Source of the DNA: an uncultured bacterium
Lineage (GTDB): Bacteria; Actinomycetota; Acidimicrobiia; Spongiisociales; UBA5794
Assembly: GCA_963801165.1 (NCBI GenBank)
Contig: CAWDDT010000009.1
Span: 527,501 to 591,500, forward strand
Reading direction: 5' to 3'
Length of the DNA: 64,000 bases
How positions within the stretch are numbered: the first letter of the stretch is position 1; each line of letters starts with the position of its first letter. The notes beneath the pieces were generated by a model that saw nothing but the letters and a program-made list of their open reading frames with translations, was not told the DNA's origin and made no database searches. Both the position numbers and the translations under genes were made by a program. This document shows, piece by piece, positions 48,207 through 58,377 of this stretch.

Positions 48207-48231
48207 GCGCTGGTTCCCTGAACCGGTCGCC

Positions 48232-49683
48232 TCAGCCCACCCGCCAAACCGCCCCCGCGCGAGCCGGGACCGTGATGGTGCCGCCGATGGTGCTGGCGGT
48301 ACCCCAGAGGATCTCGAGCGATCCGGAGCCGATGGTCGCGGCCGCCGACCCGGCGCCGGCGTTGACGGCAACGAGCAACCTTTCGGTGTCATCGAATCGC
48401 TCGAAGACATAGAGGTGACCGTCGGCGGACACTTCCCGGTAGCCGGGCGCCCGCAGTGCGGGATGGGCGTGGCGAAGCGCGATGAGGCTGCGATGGGCGT
48501 CGAGCAGCGTCATTTCCCACTGCGACTCGTGCCAGGGGAAGCCACGTCGGCAGTCGGGATCCTTCGACCCGGGCAGACCCACCTCGCTGCCGTAGTAAAT
48601 GCAGGGGGCTCCGGGGAAGGTCATCGTCAGCAGCGTGGCCAGGATCAGCGAGTCGCGATCCCCGGAAGCGGTGGTCAGGAACCGCACCGTGTCGTGCGAC
48701 TCGAGGAGGTTGAGGTTGGCCTGATGGGTCTCGGGTCGGTACAGCGAGAGCAGCCGGTCGATGCGTTTGGCATACCCAATGGCGTCGATCGGCTTGACCC
48801 TTCTGTATTCCTCGTTGCGAACGAGCTCGCCCGCGTCGATTCGATCACCGGCGGCGAACGACAGGATGGCGACGGTGAGCACGTAGTTCATCGTGGCGTC
48901 GAAGCGGGTCCCGTCGTTCAGGTACTCGCCTGCGTCGTGCCATATCTCGCCGACGATGTAGGCCTCCGGGTTGACCTTGCGAACCCGTTGCCGGAACTCC
49001 TCCCAGAAGCCGTCGGCCTTTATCTCCTCCGGCACGTCGAGACGCCACCCGTCGATGCCGCGCCGCACCCAGTGCTCGGCGACCTCCATGATGTACTCCC
49101 GGACCTGAGGGTTCTCGTTGTTGAGCCGGGGGAGAGCCTTGATGTTCCACCAGGCCTCGTAGTTCGGTGGGCCGTCGCAATATGGGTTGAGCGGTAGCTT
49201 GTCGATGTTGAACCAATCCACGTACGGCGACTCCCCATCGTTCTCGAGGATGTCGTGGAACTCGTGAAAGCCACGCCCCACATGGTTGAAGACCCCGTCG
49301 AGTATCACCCGGATGCCCCGGTCGTGACACGACGCGATCAGCTCGTCGATCGCCTCGTTGCCGCCTAGAAGCGGATCGACCGTGTAGTAGTCGTCGGTGT
49401 GATAGCGATGGTTGGAGCCGCTGACAAAGACGGGGTTCAGGTAGAGGGCGTTGATACCCAGGTCGGCGAGATAGTCGAGGTGCTCGACGATCCCGAGCAG
49501 ATCACCGCCCTTGTATCCGTGTGGCGTCGGTGGCGCATCCCAGTCCTGGAGGTTGGTGGGCTTGCGCACCCGATCCGACTTGGCGAAGCGATCCGGGAAG
49601 ATCTGATAGAAGACGGGATCACCTTCTAGAACCCATTGTGGTGGCAGGTGCAGGGGGCAGCGGTCCCAGCCGTTACGGGCCAT
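48232..49683 (-). CDS. GH13 neopullulanase/cyclomaltodextrinase family
   Basis: FYQIFPDRF, GGDLLG, NHRY, DGVFNH, DGWRLDV, GEIW, SHD, DPDCRR. Start uncertain. Confidence 0.9.
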   Translation of the reverse strand: MARNGWDRCPLHLPPQWVLEGDPVFYQIFPDRFAKSDRVRKPTNLQDWDAPPTPHGYKGGDLLGIVEHLDYLADLGINALYLNPVFVSGSNHRYHTDDYYTVDPLLGGNEAIDELIASCHDRGIRVILDGVFNHVGRGFHEFHDILENDGESPYVDWFNIDKLPLNPYCDGPPNYEAWWNIKALPRLNNENPQVREYIMEVAEHWVRRGIDGWRLDVPEEIKADGFWEEFRQRVRKVNPEAYIVGEIWHDAGEYLNDGTRFDATMNYVLTVAILSFAAGDRIDAGELVRNEEYRRVKPIDAIGYAKRIDRLLSLYRPETHQANLNLLESHDTVRFLTTASGDRDSLILATLLTMTFPGAPCIYYGSEVGLPGSKDPDCRRGFPWHESQWEMTLLDAHRSLIALRHAHPALRAPGYREVSADGHLYVFERFDDTERLLVAVNAGAGSAAATIGSGSLEILWGTASTIGGTITVPARAGAVWRVG

Positions 49684-49965
49684 ATCTGAGCATCCTGGCG
49701 TTGAGCATGTTGGCATGGGGTCAGATTAGGTGCCCGCCCAGGGCATGGCCCTATGTGTTCCAGCGGCACCCTCTGTTCATCCACGATGCCTGGGAACACG
49801 CTCCCATACACCAGTGGCAGGCTCTGTGCTCACCTGTGCTTAGGAGTGATCTGAAGGGCTGTGCCTTGGAGCGGTAGCGGTGTCCCGCTGCGGTATCCCA
49901 GTTGCAGTGCTGTGTTGAAATACGCAACGCTACGGGTTGTCACTCGATTCAGAAGGGCAGGCGGG

Positions 49966-50296
49966 GTGAGCTTCACTAAGGCTGTGTCGACGTGTTTCGT
50001 CAAATACTTCGATTTCAAGGGACGGGCAAGCAGGCCGGAATACTGGTGGTTTGTCCTGCTCATCTACATGGTCCTGATTCTGAATCTCCTTGTTCAGTTG
50101 GAGACGGTGGCAGGTGTAGTCGTGCTTGCAACCTTTGTGCCACACCTGGCGGTTACGGTTCGGCGTCTTCACGACTCCAATCGATCGGGCTGGTATTTGC
50201 TGATTGCTCGTGCCGCTTGTCGGCATCATCATGGTGACTGCGTGGCTCGTCACCGAGGGTGACAGAGGCCCAAACAGCTACGGCGTGGCTGGTTGA
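49966..50296 (+). pseudogene. DUF805 family membrane protein with a frameshift near 50206
   Basis: KYFDFKGRASRPEYWWF..AVTVRRLHDSNRSGW, then LVPLVG..GDRGPNSYG continues in a different frame. Confidence 0.8.
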
Positions 50297-50341
50297 ATCC
50301 TCGAGAGAATCAGGCGTGCACCAAAAGAGCCCTTTTGCTTG

Positions 50342-50381
50342 GCGCACGCCCAAAACTCAATGCGCACGCCCAAAACCCAAT
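50342..50381. repeat. 20-bp tandem direct repeat (2 copies, 1 mismatch)
   Basis: GCGCACGCCCAAAACTCAAT / GCGCACGCCCAAAACCCAAT. Confidence 0.85.
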
Positions 50382-50600
50382 GAATGCGGGCTCCTTCCCC
50401 TCCAACCCATGCGCCCGAGTGGCCAGCGGTTTGTCGAGATTCCGGCGATCGCTCGCAGCCACTGCACGGTCTCGGTTCTCCAGCTCAGTGCGACGGACGT
50501 CGTTGGTCGAAAGGGCGGTATCCGTCGTCGCTGAATCCAAGATAATTGAGGCGGTGCGAAACCCTGGACGTTCAGAGACGTCGCACGCGGCAATCGAGGC

Positions 50601-50627
50601 TCAAGTGCGGTGACGTGCTGCCGACGG
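50601..50627 (+). promoter_or_regulatory. Sigma28 (FliA/WhiG)-like promoter
   Basis: TCAAG-N14-GCCGAC immediately upstream of the PAS kinase gene. Confidence 0.55.
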
Positions 50628-50633
50628 TGTTAA

Positions 50634-52028
50634 GTGAACGGGAGATGCGCCGTCGTGCCCTCTACGACCAAGACCGACGAACAAACCAACGACTACTCCG
50701 AGCATGCGCTCCTCACGGCGCTGCTGGAGAAGACGCCGGTTTCGATCTACTTCAAGGATCGAGAGAGCAACTTCCTGCTCGCCAGTAGGGGTCTCTATGA
50801 GCGTCTCGGCTGCACCATCTTGGAGGAGGTCGTCGGTCACAATGATCACGACTTCTTCGATGCCACCCACGCCAACGCCGCGGCCGCAGATGAGAAGCGG
50901 ATACTCGCCGGCACCGCCGACATCGTCGAGTGCGTGGAGGAGGAGGTGTGGCCCAACGGGAAGAGAGCGTGGGTCTCAACTGTGAAGCTGCCGCTCCACG
51001 ACGAGCATGGAGCGGTCGTCGGCACCTTTGGTGTGTCGATGGACATCAGCGCCCAGAAAGAGATCGAGCAGGAGCTGCGAGAGGCGCGTGATGAAGCCCA
51101 GGCAGTTGGCGAAGAGCTCGAAGCCACCCTCGAGGATCTGGTGAGCACACAGGATCGGCTGGTGCAGGCTCACAAGCTGGAGGCGATTGGGCAACTCGCT
51201 GCCGGAGTGGCCCATGAGATCAACACCCCGATTCAGTTCATCAGTGACAACATGCGCTTCATCGCCGATAGCGTTATGTTGGTGCGGGACGCATACGCTG
51301 CGGCCATGCGCGTCGTCGCAGAGGCGCGCAGGTCCGGCATTGCTGCGGGTGCCATCGACGCGCTCGATCAGATCCACCAGCCCGACGAGATCGCGATGAT
51401 GCTCGAGGAATTGCCCGAGGCCGCCGCTGAGTCTCTCGAGGGTGCGAGACGGGTCGCCGAGATCGTTGGTGCCCTGAAGGCATTTGCTCACCCCGGAGCC
51501 GACACCAGGGACAGCGTCGATCTCAATGAGGTGGTTCGCTCAACGGTAATCGTGTCCCGCAATGAGTGGAAGTACGTGGCCGAGATGAACACCGATCTGG
51601 CAAAGGGCCTTCCGCTCATCGTCGGCAATCGCGGCCGGCTCCAACAGGCCCTGTTGATCCTGATCGTCAACTCCGCACAAGCGATTGCTTCGCTGGGCAG
51701 CGAGCAGAAGGGCCAGATCACTGTTGCCACGCGCAACGTCGAAGACGCTGTCGAGGTGTCTGTACGCGATACGGGTCCCGGCGTGCCCGATGAGATTGCC
51801 GATCGGATCTTCGAGCCGTTCTTCACCACCAAGGAAGTGGGCGTTGGGTCCGGACAGGGCCTGGCATTGGCGCACGGCATAGTTGTCGAACAGCATCATG
51901 GTTGTATCCATTTCGAATCGAGGACCGGTGCCGGCACCGAGTTCGTGATCCGGCTGCCCTTGGCACGGGACGCTAGATCCCCACGAAATACATCGGGGTT
52001 GACGATGCGTTCTGGCCGCCGAGAATGA
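50634..52028 (+). CDS. Cytoplasmic PAS-domain histidine kinase (NtrB/C4-dicarboxylate-like HisKA)
   Basis: PAS/PAC (IYFKDRE..VGHNDHDFF..GTFGVSMDIS), GQLAAGVAHEINTP, DTGPG, FEPFFTTKEVG.GSGQGL. Confidence 0.92.
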   Translation: MNGRCAVVPSTTKTDEQTNDYSEHALLTALLEKTPVSIYFKDRESNFLLASRGLYERLGCTILEEVVGHNDHDFFDATHANAAAADEKRILAGTADIVECVEEEVWPNGKRAWVSTVKLPLHDEHGAVVGTFGVSMDISAQKEIEQELREARDEAQAVGEELEATLEDLVSTQDRLVQAHKLEAIGQLAAGVAHEINTPIQFISDNMRFIADSVMLVRDAYAAAMRVVAEARRSGIAAGAIDALDQIHQPDEIAMMLEELPEAAAESLEGARRVAEIVGALKAFAHPGADTRDSVDLNEVVRSTVIVSRNEWKYVAEMNTDLAKGLPLIVGNRGRLQQALLILIVNSAQAIASLGSEQKGQITVATRNVEDAVEVSVRDTGPGVPDEIADRIFEPFFTTKEVGVGSGQGLALAHGIVVEQHHGCIHFESRTGAGTEFVIRLPLARDARSPRNTSGLTMRSGRRE

Positions 52029-52032
52029 GGCC

Positions 52033-52458
52033 ATGGATGTCGAGAGTGCAGCCGCCGAGTTCGCCGAGCTGTTCGGGCTTGCCTACCGCCGGTACTATCG
52101 CAGAGTCCCGGTCGGGCAATACTTGCTGACCAGCGAATCGATCGCAGCGCTACAACACCTCACCGAGGCCGGACCGCTCACTGTGGCCGAGGCCGCCGCC
52201 CATCTCGGCCGATCGCAGTCTGCGATGAGCGAGATGCTCGACCGTCTGGAGCGGCGCGGTCTAGTGGCGAGGGTCAGCGATCAACGCGACCGGCGCCGCA
52301 CTCTGGTGTGGCTCACCGACGACGGGCGACATGCGCTCGACGAGGCGCAGCGGGTGTTGTCGGAGGTTCGGCTGCGCGACGCATTTACCGCTCTCGACTC
52401 CGCACAGCGCGACCGACTCATCGAGCTGATGCGGTCGCTCATCGACAGGCCCGGGTGA
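52033..52458 (+). CDS. MarR family regulator
   Basis: GPLTVAEAAAHL..SAMSEMLDRLERRGLV..DRRRTLVWLT. Confidence 0.9.
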   Translation: MDVESAAAEFAELFGLAYRRYYRRVPVGQYLLTSESIAALQHLTEAGPLTVAEAAAHLGRSQSAMSEMLDRLERRGLVARVSDQRDRRRTLVWLTDDGRHALDEAQRVLSEVRLRDAFTALDSAQRDRLIELMRSLIDRPG

Positions 52459-52481
52459 CAACAAGAGAGAGGGAACAACCC

Positions 52482-52733
52482 ATGACTGCTCAACACGCTT
52501 GCGAGAGCTGCGGCATGCCGATTGACGACGGCACGTACTGTGAGTACTGCTCGGATGACAACGGCAACTTGCAGCCGTTTGAGGAGCGCTTCGAACGGAT
52601 GGTTCAGTGGACGATGGGCCGGGACGATTCGAATAACCGGGACCGGGCCGAGGCGGACACGCTCGCGTACATGGCCACCATGCCGGCATGGCGAGACCAT
52701 CCACGAGTGAAGGCGGCGACCGGCAACGGGTAG
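52482..52733 (+). CDS. Putative zinc-ribbon domain protein
   Basis: CESCGMP..YCEYC..MPAW. Confidence 0.8.
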   Translation: MTAQHACESCGMPIDDGTYCEYCSDDNGNLQPFEERFERMVQWTMGRDDSNNRDRAEADTLAYMATMPAWRDHPRVKAATGNG

Positions 52734-52749
52734 TCGTCGTCGCCGGAAC

Positions 52750-53577
52750 CTACTCGTCGCGGAGGAAGTTCTCGATCTCGGCGGCCAGCTCGTCGCCGGT
52801 CGCAAGCCGACCCTCCTCGACGAGCGCCTCCAGCTTGCGCACATGGGCGAGGCTTTCCGGCCGGTTGGCGATCGCCTCGTTGATCTTGTTCGCCTGCTCG
52901 TTGCTGGCTTCGATCAGCTCGGCTAGATCCAGGTCCAGATCCAGCCGTAATGCGATCCGCTGCAACAACGCGAGGCTGCCCGCAGGGTATTCCTCGTTGA
53001 TGTAGTGCGGGATCTGGGCCCAGTAGCCGATCGTCCCCATGCCTTTTCGCACGGCGGCGTTGGCGACCACGTTCACCGCGGCCCCGGGCACATCCAGGTC
53101 GTCGTCCAGGGCGACGTCGTCGCTGCCCACCAGCTCGTCGCTGGAAGCGGTCATCATCACCGGGGGTGGATAGGTGTGCGGCACGGCGGCGGGCACCGCT
53201 CCGATAGTGACGACGAGGTCTACGCCGAACCTCTCCATCAGGTCGGCCACCGCCGATGAGAACTCCTGCCATTTGAAGTCGGGCTCGAAGCCGACCATTA
53301 CCAGCACGTCTCGCTCCGGGAGCTCGCGTCGGTAGATCGTTATCCCCGGCCATCTGATATCGGTCATCCGCCCCTGACGGAAGCTGACCGCAGGCCGGTT
53401 CGAGCGGTAGTCGAACAGAGCATCGGCGTTGAAGCGCGCCAGTTCGTCGCCGTCTTCTGCGAGGAACTCGGCGGCCCCGGTGCCGGACGAGCCGGCATCG
53501 ACCCACCCGGACAGGGCAAGTATCAACACCGGATCCCGCAGGGCCGGCTCGGCAACGATGTCGTACAGGTTGCTCAT
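52750..53577 (-). CDS. PAC2 family (proteasome assembly chaperone-like) protein
   Basis: GWVDAG, FDYRSNRP, GFEPDFKW, AVPHT.P, WAQIPHY, LAAEIENFL. Confidence 0.88.
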   Translation of the reverse strand: MSNLYDIVAEPALRDPVLILALSGWVDAGSSGTGAAEFLAEDGDELARFNADALFDYRSNRPAVSFRQGRMTDIRWPGITIYRRELPERDVLVMVGFEPDFKWQEFSSAVADLMERFGVDLVVTIGAVPAAVPHTYPPPVMMTASSDELVGSDDVALDDDLDVPGAAVNVVANAAVRKGMGTIGYWAQIPHYINEEYPAGSLALLQRIALRLDLDLDLAELIEASNEQANKINEAIANRPESLAHVRKLEALVEEGRLATGDELAAEIENFLRDE

Positions 53578-53680
53578 CGGATTCAAGGGTAGACCCGGCG
53601 AGCAGGCTTGTGCCCCGACGGGGGGTCTCTGGAGCGATCAGTGCGAACGGGGCCGGCTCGACAGCGCCCGGTTCAGGCTC

Positions 53681-55246
53681 TCAGCTAGCGGCGGCGTATT
53701 CAGCGGCAGTGTCGCTGAGCGGGAGCCGCAACTCGAATACCGACCAGGTTCCGTCGTGGTCGTACGAGATCGAGCCGCCCATCAGCTCGGCCAGGGAGCG
53801 TGAGATCGCCAGGCCGAGGCCGATAGCCGCCGGCTGTCCCCGCACGGGGCCGGTCGACTCGTACGGGTCGAAGATCCGGTCGCGCAACCGCTCGGGAATC
53901 GGCGGCCCGCTGTCACGGATTTCGATCACTGCCGCATCGGCCTCTTGCCGGGTGCACGCGACGATCCGCTCGCCGCCGTACCGGTCGGCGTTGGTGAGGA
54001 GGTTGCGGATGATCTGGCGGACACGAATGGGATCGGCGTAGGCATTGGCCGCCTCCCCGGTCTCGTAGACCGGGACAGTGCCGAGACGGCTTCCCAACGT
54101 GCCGGCAACCGAGCTCATTTCAGCAGTCAGGTCGATGCGGCGAGGCTCGGTTGCGATCGTCTCGAAACTGGATCGGGCCGCGACCAGGAGATCGTCGATG
54201 ATGGCGGCCATCTCGGCGCTCTGGCTGACCACCTCGCCGATCAGAGGTCTCAGCTCGTCATCTAGTGCCACGGCCTCCTGCACTATCTCGGCATAGCCGA
54301 GCACCGCGGCAAGTGGCGTGCGCAGCTCGTGGCTGACGGCGGCTATGAACTGGTCTTTCGACCGCACCAATTCCTCCAGACGTTCCCTGGCTCCGGCCTC
54401 GGTCGTGGTGTCGTATGCGGTGAGCAGCAGTGTCCCATCGGCACCGGGGTCGCAGGTGAGGCTCAGCACCCGGTCGCCGAGGCTGACCTCCCGTCTCACC
54501 CTCGCACCGAGCCGGGCCTCTGCGATGAGCTCGTCTATCTCGGGCGTGGCCGCGAGCTGCTCCCCGGATGGCCAGGAATCGCTGACTCCTGCCAGCGTCG
54601 TGATCGCTCCGTCCGAACCGACCGATGCCAGCAGGACCGGTGCCGAGGCAAGCACCGCTTCGAGCTGACTCTCCCGATTCTCGAGCGCCTGTCGCAGTTG
54701 ACGAGCTTGCATCCTGAAGAAGAGGAGAAGAAGGATGGCCACCGACAGCAGCAGGACGATCATGATGAGCGGGGACAGATACGAGGCGCTCTTGTCTTGA
54801 CGGTCGGCCGCCACTGCCGCAACCGTAACCTGAGGTGCGGTCCACAGCAGGCCGATACCGATGGCCAGGCGCCGAGGTGCGGCGAAGCTACTCGCAAGCG
54901 CGACGGTAATGAAGAGGCCGACGGCAAGCACGATCAAGGGCGAGGCCGTGGCGACGGCGATGGCGAGACCGGCGACCGCATGGTCGGTTTGTGCGATGAC
55001 GTACGGTGCGGATTTACGGTGGGAGATGACCCGGTGCAGCACGATGGTGAACATGATCACCCCGGTGCCGCAAATGACCGCTTTCTGGAAACCGGTTAGG
55101 TCGAGCACCAGCGCGGCGGTGACGGCTACTCCGTACGAGAAGAGGCGTTGTAGATCCTGGGCGCGCTGGATTCCCGGAGCGTTGAGGCCCGGCCTATACG
55201 GTACGGCACGCATGGTTGCGCGCAAACGGTCAGTAGTGCGTCGCAC
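53681..55246 (-). CDS. Membrane sensor histidine kinase (HisKA/HATPase)
   Basis: About 6 TM helices, a PAS-like segment, FIAAVSHELRTPL, NLLTNA, GLGLAISR. Confidence 0.9.
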   Translation of the reverse strand: MRRTTDRLRATMRAVPYRPGLNAPGIQRAQDLQRLFSYGVAVTAALVLDLTGFQKAVICGTGVIMFTIVLHRVISHRKSAPYVIAQTDHAVAGLAIAVATASPLIVLAVGLFITVALASSFAAPRRLAIGIGLLWTAPQVTVAAVAADRQDKSASYLSPLIMIVLLLSVAILLLLFFRMQARQLRQALENRESQLEAVLASAPVLLASVGSDGAITTLAGVSDSWPSGEQLAATPEIDELIAEARLGARVRREVSLGDRVLSLTCDPGADGTLLLTAYDTTTEAGARERLEELVRSKDQFIAAVSHELRTPLAAVLGYAEIVQEAVALDDELRPLIGEVVSQSAEMAAIIDDLLVAARSSFETIATEPRRIDLTAEMSSVAGTLGSRLGTVPVYETGEAANAYADPIRVRQIIRNLLTNADRYGGERIVACTRQEADAAVIEIRDSGPPIPERLRDRIFDPYESTGPVRGQPAAIGLGLAISRSLAELMGGSISYDHDGTWSVFELRLPLSDTAAEYAAAS

Positions 55247-55988
55247 TAGTCCTATGTCGGCCGATAATGCCCGCGCTTGACCGTTCCGGGGTCAGAGGCC
55301 CAGCGCCCGAGGCCGGCACGGCGTAGACGACCACGTTGCTGTCGTAGCGGCTGACCGACCGGTCGAAGTCACCCCCGCAGGTGATGAGCGTAAGTACCGG
55401 CGGGCCCTGGCGGGAGAACACCACATCGAGAGGCAGCTCGTCCTTGTGGTAGAGGCCGCTGGCTACCACCCGGAATTCGGCCGCGCTCCCGTCTTCGTAG
55501 GTAATCGAGATCAGGTCGCCTTCCACCAGGCTGGCAAGCTCGAAGAAGACCCCTGGTCCCAGCCCGGCCAGATCGACATGTGCCGCCAGCACCGCCGATC
55601 CGGGCTCCCCGGGCTTGGGCCCGAAGCGGTACCAGCCGACCTCGGTGACATTGTCCGGCACGGCCATTCTTCCGGTTCGCTCGTCGACTCCGTATGGCCC
55701 GATGGGTGCGGTGAGACCAATGGCATCGATCTTCAGCTCTACCGGCTCGGCAATCGGCTTTGCCTCCTCAGGGGGCTGGTGCGGATCCGCGACCGGTGGC
55801 AGCGTTGAGGTTGAAATCGGCGGCGCCGCGTCCGTAGATATGGTCGAGCGAGATGTGGTGTCCGGTCGCAGCGATTGCTCGACAGAGACAAGATCGCCCG
55901 ATGGCTCGGGCCCATCACCGAGCAGCAGGAATCCCGCGGTCACGAGCAGCAGACCGGCGCCGATCAGCAGCGGTGTGAGGCGTCGCAT
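55230..55988 (-). CDS. Class F sortase
   Basis: N-terminal anchor, VGWY..GPKPGEPGSAVLAAHVD, LTLITCGG.FD..YDSNVVVYA. Confidence 0.92.
   Translation of the reverse strand: MRRLTPLLIGAGLLLVTAGFLLLGDGPEPSGDLVSVEQSLRPDTTSRSTISTDAAPPISTSTLPPVADPHQPPEEAKPIAEPVELKIDAIGLTAPIGPYGVDERTGRMAVPDNVTEVGWYRFGPKPGEPGSAVLAAHVDLAGLGPGVFFELASLVEGDLISITYEDGSAAEFRVVASGLYHKDELPLDVVFSRQGPPVLTLITCGGDFDRSVSRYDSNVVVYAVPASGAGPLTPERSSAGIIGRHRTSATHY
55254..55280 (-). promoter_or_regulatory. Sigma28 (FliA/WhiG)-like promoter
   Basis: Minus strand TCAAG-N14-GCCGACAT, just upstream of the kinase start. Confidence 0.55.
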
Positions 55989-56054
55989 TGTTGGCCGATC
56001 ACGAGTCGAGGGGACCCGCCCCACCGGCGGATCCCCTCGAACGGTGTGTCGGTG

Positions 56055-56864
56055 CTAGGCGCGTTCACGCCGCGCGACAACCGTGGCACCAGCGGCCCCA
56101 GCGGTCAGCGCAGCCAGCCCGGCAGCAATCAGCAACAGCGGTAGCGTGTTGCTGGTTCCCGCAAGACCCGCCGTCCCGGTCGGGACCCCATCGGGAGCCG
56201 ACTGCAGCCCGGTGATCGTGTTGGCCACAACCTGGAACGTGTCCCCGGCGACCGAGCCGATCGCGTAAGCGATGGTGTTGGTGCCTTCAGCCAGGTTGAG
56301 GTCGGCGTCGAAGGCGACGGTGTCGGGATCTCCGGCCGCGGTGATCTTGACGTTGTAGGTGTCGGCCGGGACCGCAATATCCGCACCTACGCCGTTGACC
56401 ACGCTTTCCCATACCGCACCATCATTGGCGAGGATGTCGACCGCACCGAAGTCGGCGAGGTGCCGGGCGGTGATCCTGGCGTTGCCTGCATCGATGCTGG
56501 AGTTGTTCTCGACAAAGACGCCGAGCGTTGGGTCGCCGCCCTCCTGCAAGTAGGCGGCGATGGTGGCGTAGGCGCCACCCGGCAGATCAGCCGAGCCGGA
56601 GAGTGCCGGGTCTGTTGCACTCGGATCGGCGCCCGCAGGGTAGACCTCGAGCTCGTAGGTTCCGGCCGGGAGTGTTAGCGGCCCGGCGACCGTCCCGAAC
56701 TCGAAGTCTTCCAGGGTCAGGTCACCATTGACGTAGACATCGACCGTCAGGTCGGGAACGCCGTGGACGACGACAACCTGTCCCTCCGCCGTCTGGGCTA
56801 GTGCCGAGGTCGCCGGCGCTAGGGCCAGCAACATGGCTCCGAAGAGCACAATCATCTTTCGCAT
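56055..56864 (-). CDS. DUF4397 domain secreted protein with C-terminal sorting-like signal
   Basis: Signal peptide, VVHGVPDLTVDVYVNG, ARH..AVDI. C-terminus has PDGVPTG, a TM helix and a basic tail. Adjacent to the sortase. Confidence 0.85.
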   Translation of the reverse strand: MRKMIVLFGAMLLALAPATSALAQTAEGQVVVVHGVPDLTVDVYVNGDLTLEDFEFGTVAGPLTLPAGTYELEVYPAGADPSATDPALSGSADLPGGAYATIAAYLQEGGDPTLGVFVENNSSIDAGNARITARHLADFGAVDILANDGAVWESVVNGVGADIAVPADTYNVKITAAGDPDTVAFDADLNLAEGTNTIAYAIGSVAGDTFQVVANTITGLQSAPDGVPTGTAGLAGTSNTLPLLLIAAGLAALTAGAAGATVVARRERA

Positions 56865-56923
56865 GAGATTCTCCTTTCGCATCCCCTCTGGTAGGGGTCT
56901 CTGCGCGTGTTGTTGTGCCCGTA

Positions 56924-56950
56924 TTTCGGAGCGAGAGGAGATGTGGATGA
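56924..56950 (-). promoter_or_regulatory. SigK-like ECF promoter upstream of the DUF4397-sortase operon
   Basis: TCATCC-N15-CCGAAA, resembling the mycobacterial SigK CCATCC..CCGAA motif. Confidence 0.45.
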
Positions 56951-57002
56951 GATTTAGCACTAAAGAGTGGTCGAGGGATGTTCCCTCTCGACCTATGTGT
57001 TC

Positions 57003-58377
57003 CTACCCTCGGATTTCATGAGCTTGTAGTGCCCGGTAGAGGAATGCGGCCATTTGTCCTCTGGTTACGGGGTTGTTGGGACAGAACATGTCGTTGGTCG
57101 GCGGGTTACACCCTTTGGTGATCCCGGAGCCGGCCAGGGCGTCGATGTCAGCTTCGAATACCGAGGTGTCGTCGTCACTGAACACGTCGGGGGCACCGGC
57201 GGGGAGATCTAGTGCCCGGTTGAGGAACGCCGCCATCTGCCCACGGGTCACCGTCTGATCGGGGCAGAACATGTCGTTGCGTCGGCGGGTTGCACCCTTT
57301 GGTGATCCCGGATGCGGCCAACGCGTTGATGTCGGCCTGGAACACCGACGTGTTGTCGTCGCTGAAGACGTCGTTGCCGGACGCCGGGAGGTGGAGGGCC
57401 CGGTTCAGGAAGGCGGCCATCTGTCCTCTTGTCACCGGGTCGTTGGGGCAGAACATGTCGTTGATCGGCGGGTTACAACCCTTGGTGATCCCCCCATCCG
57501 CCAACCACTCGATCTCCGAGAAAAACGTGCTGGTGGAGGTGACATCGATGAACGTTGTTGGTGTCCCGACCTCGCTGCCGGGGAAGTCGGTGGTGACCAG
57601 GACGTTGTCGTACCAGATGTGTTGTGTCTTCAGCGAGCCCGGCATGTAGTCGACGATGGCGAACTCGTTGAGGCGGAGGTCGGTCGTGTCCCGCCAGCGG
57701 ATGCTCTGTACGTCGATTGCCAGCTCACCGTCGATCCACAGTTGCTGACTGCCGTCGTGAGCGCCCGGCGTGCCTGCGTCGACGTGGACGATCAGCTCGT
57801 GCCACTGACCGGGAACGAGTGGTATCTGCGGCTCGGGCTGTTCGAACACGTTCCCATAGCAGCAGGTCATGTCGGGGAAGTACGAGTAGAACATGAGCGG
57901 GTACAGCGTGTCGTCGCCGTAGCGATGGTTCGGATCGACCGTAGTGGTGAAGAAGTCGGACCCATTCGGGACGATCCCCGCCTTGCCGTGTGCGCTCCAT
58001 TTGTTGTCGACTCGGTTTCCCGAGACCGAGGCGAAGTGCATCCCGTTGCCGTCACCGCGCAGGTTCTGGAACCCTCCCTCGAACATCACATCGAAGCGAA
58101 CGAAGATCTCGTTGTAGCCGGGCAGGAACCATTTGTTGATCTCCCCCCATCCGTCTCCCTCCGGGATGGTTCCCTCGAGCGCATAGCTGCCCGTCTTGAC
58201 TCGCCCCGGAGCGGAAGTGATGTCGTAGCGGTCTGTGTTGACGTTGTCCCATAACGACAGGTCACCGGTCTCGAAACCGTCGGTAAAGATCACGTTGTCG
58301 GCGGCGCTCGCCGGCACCGGGGCGAGCAATAACAGTGCTGTGGCGAGCAGCGTCGCGGTGGCACTACTCCGTCTCAT
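57003..58377 (-). CDS. Secreted jelly-roll / polysaccharide-lyase-like protein with three SLH repeats, frameshifted near 57280
   Basis: Signal peptide, DGFETG..GQWH..DGSQQLWIDG..WYDNV, and SLH repeats GITKGCNPP..FCP..VTRGQMAAFL. One extra base in repeat 2, so as given the ORF stops at 57175. Confidence 0.75.
57027..57526. repeat. 500-bp direct repeat, copy 1 (SLH module)
   Basis: No differences seen by eye against 58386-58885 (offset 1359 bp). Confidence 0.92.

Noticed and set aside
40812-49683. Maltose ABC operon lacking an ATPase gene
   Set aside because: This is normal in Actinobacteria, where a shared MsiK-type ATPase is encoded elsewhere.
50342-50381. 20-bp repeat as a mini-CRISPR
   Set aside because: There are only two abutting copies, with no spacer and no cas genes.
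50480-50600. Possible remnant of a regulator or peptidase C-terminus on the minus strand (..HRLNYLGF..)
   Set aside because: It is too short and needs a frameshift to read through, so I cannot support it by eye.
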